From Sminthopsis crassicaudata (Eukaryota): a DNA stretch of 64,000 nt. Made by a program: the position numbers and the translations under genes. Within the stretch, counting starts at the first letter, position 1; every line of letters begins with the position of its first letter. The stretch lies in the NCBI RefSeq assembly GCF_048593235.1, contig NC_133619.1:637772558-637836557 (forward strand). The letters are read 5' to 3'. The notes beneath the pieces are model-generated. The model was not told where the DNA came from, searched no databases, and saw only the letters and a list, made by a program, of their open reading frames with translations. Of this stretch, positions 59,554-64,000 are shown piece by piece.

Positions 59554-61805
59554 CTATGTCTGTAGCTGCACGGACACTGAGGAGTCAGTCACCCGAGTTC
59601 TCCAGAACCCTTCGGGGCCCAGGCGGTTCTTCGATTTGTGCAAGAAGTGAACGAATCTCACTCCCGGGCCATAGCATTTGAATACATGAGACACCTGGAA
59701 GGGCAGGGCAACAGAGTGAGGGATCCTTCTCTGGTTGGGAAAGACAAGGCACTTTCCAACCTTCCCTCCCTACTCATTCCTTCCCCAGTTAATTGAGAGT
59801 GGGATGTGAAGGAGGACTTAAGGAGAGGAAATTCGGGACATTGGGAGGGAACTCTGTGGGGTCACTGGGAGAAGACACTAGGGAACATTGGGAAGGAACA
59901 CTAGGAGACTCTGGGAGATGACACTGGAGCACTGAGAGGGCATGGGGGCACATTAGGAGGGAGCACTGTGGGGTCACTGGGAGGAGACAGTAGGGAACAT
60001 TGGGAAGGAATACTAAGAGACACTGGGAGAAGACAGTAGGGGACATGGGGAAAGAACCCTGTGGGGTCACTGGGAAAAAGAATTAGGGGGCATTGGGAGA
60101 AGACAATACGAGGTACTGGAGAAAGGTTGGAAGGCATCAGGAGGAAACACTGGGAGATGTTGTAAGACACTGGGAGGGAATTGAGATATTGGAATAGAAA
60201 TGGAAATATTGGTAGATCCTGGGAAGAAGGTTTTGGGGAAACTTTAGGGGGAAGATTGGGAGGGAAGGCTCATATATAACATTGGAAGAGAGAAAGGAAA
60301 CACTGGAGAACATTTGGGGAACAAGGTGTGATCTTTGCAGAAGGCACTGGAGAATCCTGGGGGGGGTGTAAGAAGTATGGGGGAAAGAAGGTGATATTTG
60401 GGGTCAGTCAGTTGTGTCCAACTGTTTATCAAGCCCGCGGGCCATATCACCCCAATATTGTCCATGGGATTTTCTTGATAAAGTCACTGGAATGGTTTTC
60501 CTTTCCCTTCTCCAGCTCATTTTACAGTTGAGGAAACTGAGGCAAACCCAGCTTCGGTGACTTGTTCAGGGTCACACAGTGAGTGAATGCCTGAGACTGG
60601 ATTTGAAGTCAGGTCTTCCTGATCCTGAGCTGGGCACTCTAGACACTGAGCCACCTAATTTCCCAAATCAGAGACGCTGAGTTCAAATCCCGGCTATTTA
60701 CTCATTGCATCCCTTTGCACCTCTTTAAAGTGAGAAGCTTTCGCTTCAATGGCTCACAGCTCTAAGTCACCGGCCAAGACTGAAGAACAGTGAAAAAAGA
60801 CTGGTGAGGACACTGGAGGTGCACCTGGGGAGGAGAGGGGAGGGGAGGGGAGGGTCCCAAGCACATGAGAGAAGGAGATGCAGGTGCCCGCTAGCAGATG
60901 GCAGAGGGCAAGCCCGGGCTCTCAGAGGCTCACCTGGCACCACCGTCCTCCTGGGCCCCGGGGAGAGGGTCGGGGAGCAGTGTGGTACTGCCGGAGGATG
61001 GTCCGTCTGTCAGCCGCCAGGAGCCACACGTGCAGCTCATACACACACACGTCCAAGCGGCTGTCCTCAAACCTTGGAGGGGGAATTTGGGGGGAGAAAG
61101 GCTCTAGGCACCTGGCTCTCTGGCCCCAGCAGGGGAGGCAGGGCCCCAGGGGGCCCCCCTTCCTCAGCCCCCAGCCCTGCACTCCCTGCCCCCATACCAG
61201 TCCATGACGGTGATGTCCGGCTGCTCATCATCCAGCAGCTCCTCCCAGAGCCCCTCGGCCAGGAGGTCCACACACTGCTGCTTCACTGTCCAGCTGGCGA
61301 CAGGAGGAGGATGGGAGGGGACTGGGGTCAGAGGCCCGTCCTCCCCCTCCCCTATTCCCTGGGAGATGAGAACCCCAGCATTTGGCCTCTTTGCCATTTG
61401 CCCTTCTCCCCAAGCCCTCCAGCCCAGACAAAGGCGGGCACTAGGACAGCCCCTAAAGGAAGCACCCTGATGTCTGAGCTCTCGCCTGCCGGGCCCCAGA
61501 GTCCTCAGGCGTCACCCTCACCTGAAGTGGGGGAGCAGTTTCTCAGTGCTGATTTGCCATCCACTAAAGTTACCTGAGGGAGGAAGGCAGGGGTTAGAGG
61601 CAGGCGCCATGCCCGGCAGCACCTAAGCCTCCCCTCCTCCCCCTTCCTGGAGGCTGTTTCTGGGCTGGGGACAGTGGAGGGTGACAAAGTGAGCTCTCCT
61701 CCCTCTCCCAGCCCCACAGTGTCCGCCAGGGCGCGGGATCCTTACCCAGGGTCTCCAGGGGCCGAGCAGGGCCACAGGGCGGGGGCGGCTCATAGATGTT
61801 GATGC
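59554..61805 (-). CDS. NCCRP1: NCCRP1 (FBA/F-box-associated domain protein, FBXO50), exons 2-6; exon 1 not found in this window
   Basis: Exons 61805-61746, 61573-61522, 61293-61198, 61072-60934 and 59694-59554 splice in frame with GT-AG. They give GINIYEPPPPCGPARPLETLGNFSGWQISTEKLLPHFSWTVKQQCVDLLAEGLWEELLDDEQPDITVMDWFEDSRLDVCVYELHVWLLAADRR...RWCQVSHVFKCYGPGVRFVHFLHKSKNR...RTRVTDSSVSVQLQT*. A candidate ATTAAA lies on the - strand at 58661-58666. Confidence 0.93.
59830..60190. repeat. Degenerate minisatellite in NCCRP1 intron 5
   Basis: Repeated cactggga/cattggga-containing units with a higher-order ctgtggggtcactggga repeat. Confidence 0.7.
60515..60660 (-). mobile_element. MIR/MAR1-like SINE in NCCRP1 intron 5
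   Basis: cattttacagttgaggaaactgaggc...gtgacttgttcagggtcacacag...ggatttgaagtcaggtcttcctga. Confidence 0.7.
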
Positions 61806-62557
61806 CTGAAATAGAGGGGGAGGGGTCAACCTCTCAGACACCCCCTCCTGCTATATACCCTGGCGGATGCCCCCCAACATTCACTGACCCCCATCTCTCT
61901 CTCTTTGACTTTTACAGCTCTCCGGTCACCTCAGCTTTCCACTAGCGCCAGATCCCAGGGATCCCTTCATCCTTGGCTTATTGCCCATGGATTCCCCGGT
62001 CACTGACCCCTATGCTTCTACTTTCCCCCAAACCTCTCCCAGACAGTCCTTCTCACAGCTCCTCTGACCCCCTCCTTCCCACTCCCTCCGAGGGTTAGCC
62101 ACCCCCCCAGAAAAACCCCACACTCCTCCGGCTCTTCCCTGGGGTGAGGCAAGACAGGCCGGCCCAGGCTGAGTCAGGGCCCAGGGCCTGAGTCAGAGAA
62201 ACAACTCCCCTCCGAGGGGAGGGATTAGGAGCCGAGCTTCCAGAGAAAGAGGCGGGAGAGCATCAGAACCTTGCAGTTCCCTTCCTGGGGCAGAGCAGAA
62301 AGTCGAGAACCAGAATTAGAGGGAGACAAAGGGAGGAGGAGAGAGACAGAGGGGGACAGACAAGGGCGTAGGAACGGGGTCAGAGATGGATCCGGCATGT
62401 TTAGCTCTTCTCTTTGTCGAAGATATTCACTTCCATCAGAATACATCCTCATACAGTATCATTGTTGAAGTGTATAATGACTCTCTGCATTTTACTCAGC
62501 ATCAGTTCATGTAAGTCTCTCCAAGCCTCTCTGTATTCCTCCTGCTGGTCATTTCTT

Positions 62558-62558
62558 T

Positions 62559-62590
<32 letters not shown>

Positions 62591-64000
62591 TTTTTTTTCT
62601 TTTATTTTTATAATTATAACATTTTTTTTGACAGTACATAATGCATGGATAATTTTTTACAACATTATCCCTTGCACTTACTTCTATTCAGATTTTTTTC
62701 CCTTCCTCCCCCAACCCCCTCCCCCAGATGGCAAGCAGTCTTATATATGTTAAATATATTACAGTATATTCTAGATACAAAAATATATGTGTGTAGAACC
62801 GAATTTTTTGTTGCACAGAAAGAATTGGATTCAGAAGGTAAAAATAACACTTTACATTCATTTCCCAGTGTTCCTTTTCTGGATGTAGCTGGTTCTGTCC
62901 ATCATTAATCAATTGGAATTGGATTAGCTCTTCTCTATGTTGAAGAAATCCACTTCCATCAGCATACATCCTCGTACAGTATCATTGTTGAAGTGTATAA
63001 TGATCTTCTGGTTCTGCTCGTTTCACTCAGCATCAGTTGATGTAAGTCTCTCCAAGCCTCTCTGTATTTCTCCTGTTGGTAATTTCTTACAGAACAATAA
63101 TATTCCATAACATTCATATACCATAGTTTACCCAACCATTCTCCAATTGATGGACATCCATTCATCTTCCAGCTTCTAGCCACTATGAAAAGGGCTGCCA
63201 CAAACATTTTGGCACATACAGGACCCTTTCCCTTCTTTAGTAGTTCCTTGGGGTATAAGCCCAGTAGTAGTATGGCTGGGTCAAAGGGTATGCACATTTT
63301 GATAACTTTTTGGGCATAATTCCAGATTGCTCTCCAGAATGGTTGGATTCTTTCACAACTCCACCAACAATGCATCAGTGTCCCAGTTTTCCCACAGCCC
63401 CTCCAACATTCATCGTTATTTGTTCCTGTCATCTTAGCCAATCTGACAGGTGTGTAATGATACCTCAGAGTTGTCTTAATTTGCATTTCTCTGATCAATA
63501 GTGATTTGGAACACTCTTTCATATGAGTGGAAATAGTTTTAATTTCATCATCTGAAAATTGTCTGTTCATATCCTTTGACCACTTATCAATGGGAGAGTG
63601 GCTTGATTTCTTATAAATTAGAGTTAATTCTCTATGTATTTTGGAAATGAGGCCTTTATCAGAACTTTTAACTGTAAAAATGTTTTCCCAGTTTGTTGCT
63701 TCCCTTCTAATCTTGTCTGCATTAGTTTTGTTTGTACAAAGCCTTTTTAATTTGATGTAATCAACATTTTCTATTTCGTAATCAATCATGATCTCTAGTT
63801 CTTCTTTTGTCACAAATTCCTTCCTCCTTCACAAGTCTGAGAGGTAAACTGTCCTATGTTCCTCTAATTTATTTATGATCTCGTTCTTTATGCCTAAATC
63901 TTGGACCCATTTTGATCTTATCTTGGTGTACAGTGTTAAGTGTGGGTCCATGCCTAATTTCTGCCATACTAATTTCTAGTTTTCCCAGAAGTTTTTGTCA
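62558..64000 (-). mobile_element. Young L1 3' end (ORF2 C-terminus 62959-63813, 3'UTR, poly(A)), running off the window; an older L1 fragment lies at ~62395-62557
   Basis: A 284-aa ORF2 C-terminal frame is closely similar, but not identical, to the cluster L1. The poly(T) tail starts at ~62558. Confidence 0.95.

Noticed and set aside
60804-61577. 257-aa + strand ORF
   Set aside because: GC-rich antisense frame over NCCRP1 exons and introns, with no recognisable domain.
1-64000. CRISPR arrays, rRNA or prokaryotic systems
   Set aside because: The sequence is intron-containing mammalian DNA, with no repeat-spacer arrays or rRNA similarity seen.

Overview
This is mammalian genomic DNA, almost certainly marsupial; the SINE and L1 types look dasyurid-like (inference). 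It covers the type III interferon locus in the conserved order IFNL cluster - SYCN - NCCRP1. There are five intact five-exon IFN-lambda genes on the + strand (191 aa each, ATG at 894, 19692, 27938, 46742 and 54988), syncollin (SYCN, +), and exons 2-6 of NCCRP1 (-). Most of the window is a near-identical ~27.05 kb tandem duplication (about 2.1-29.2 kb and 29.2-56.2 kb). Its junction falls inside an IFNL gene, making copy 3 a chimera. Each unit carries a 5'-truncated young L1, a solo LTR, an ERV remnant and SINEs. Four things stand out. (1) Copies 1 and 3 have a remodelled receptor-binding helix F (NLFRLLT to NLSGILI, creating an N-glycosylation sequon). (2) Copy 1 has an ISRE-gain and NF-kB-loss promoter and lacks a conserved Cys. 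(3) A piece of the SYCN proximal promoter is pasted upstream of IFNL copies 2 and 4. (4) A solo LTR in the cluster carries a perfect ISRE. All calls come from manual reading; no database searches were run.
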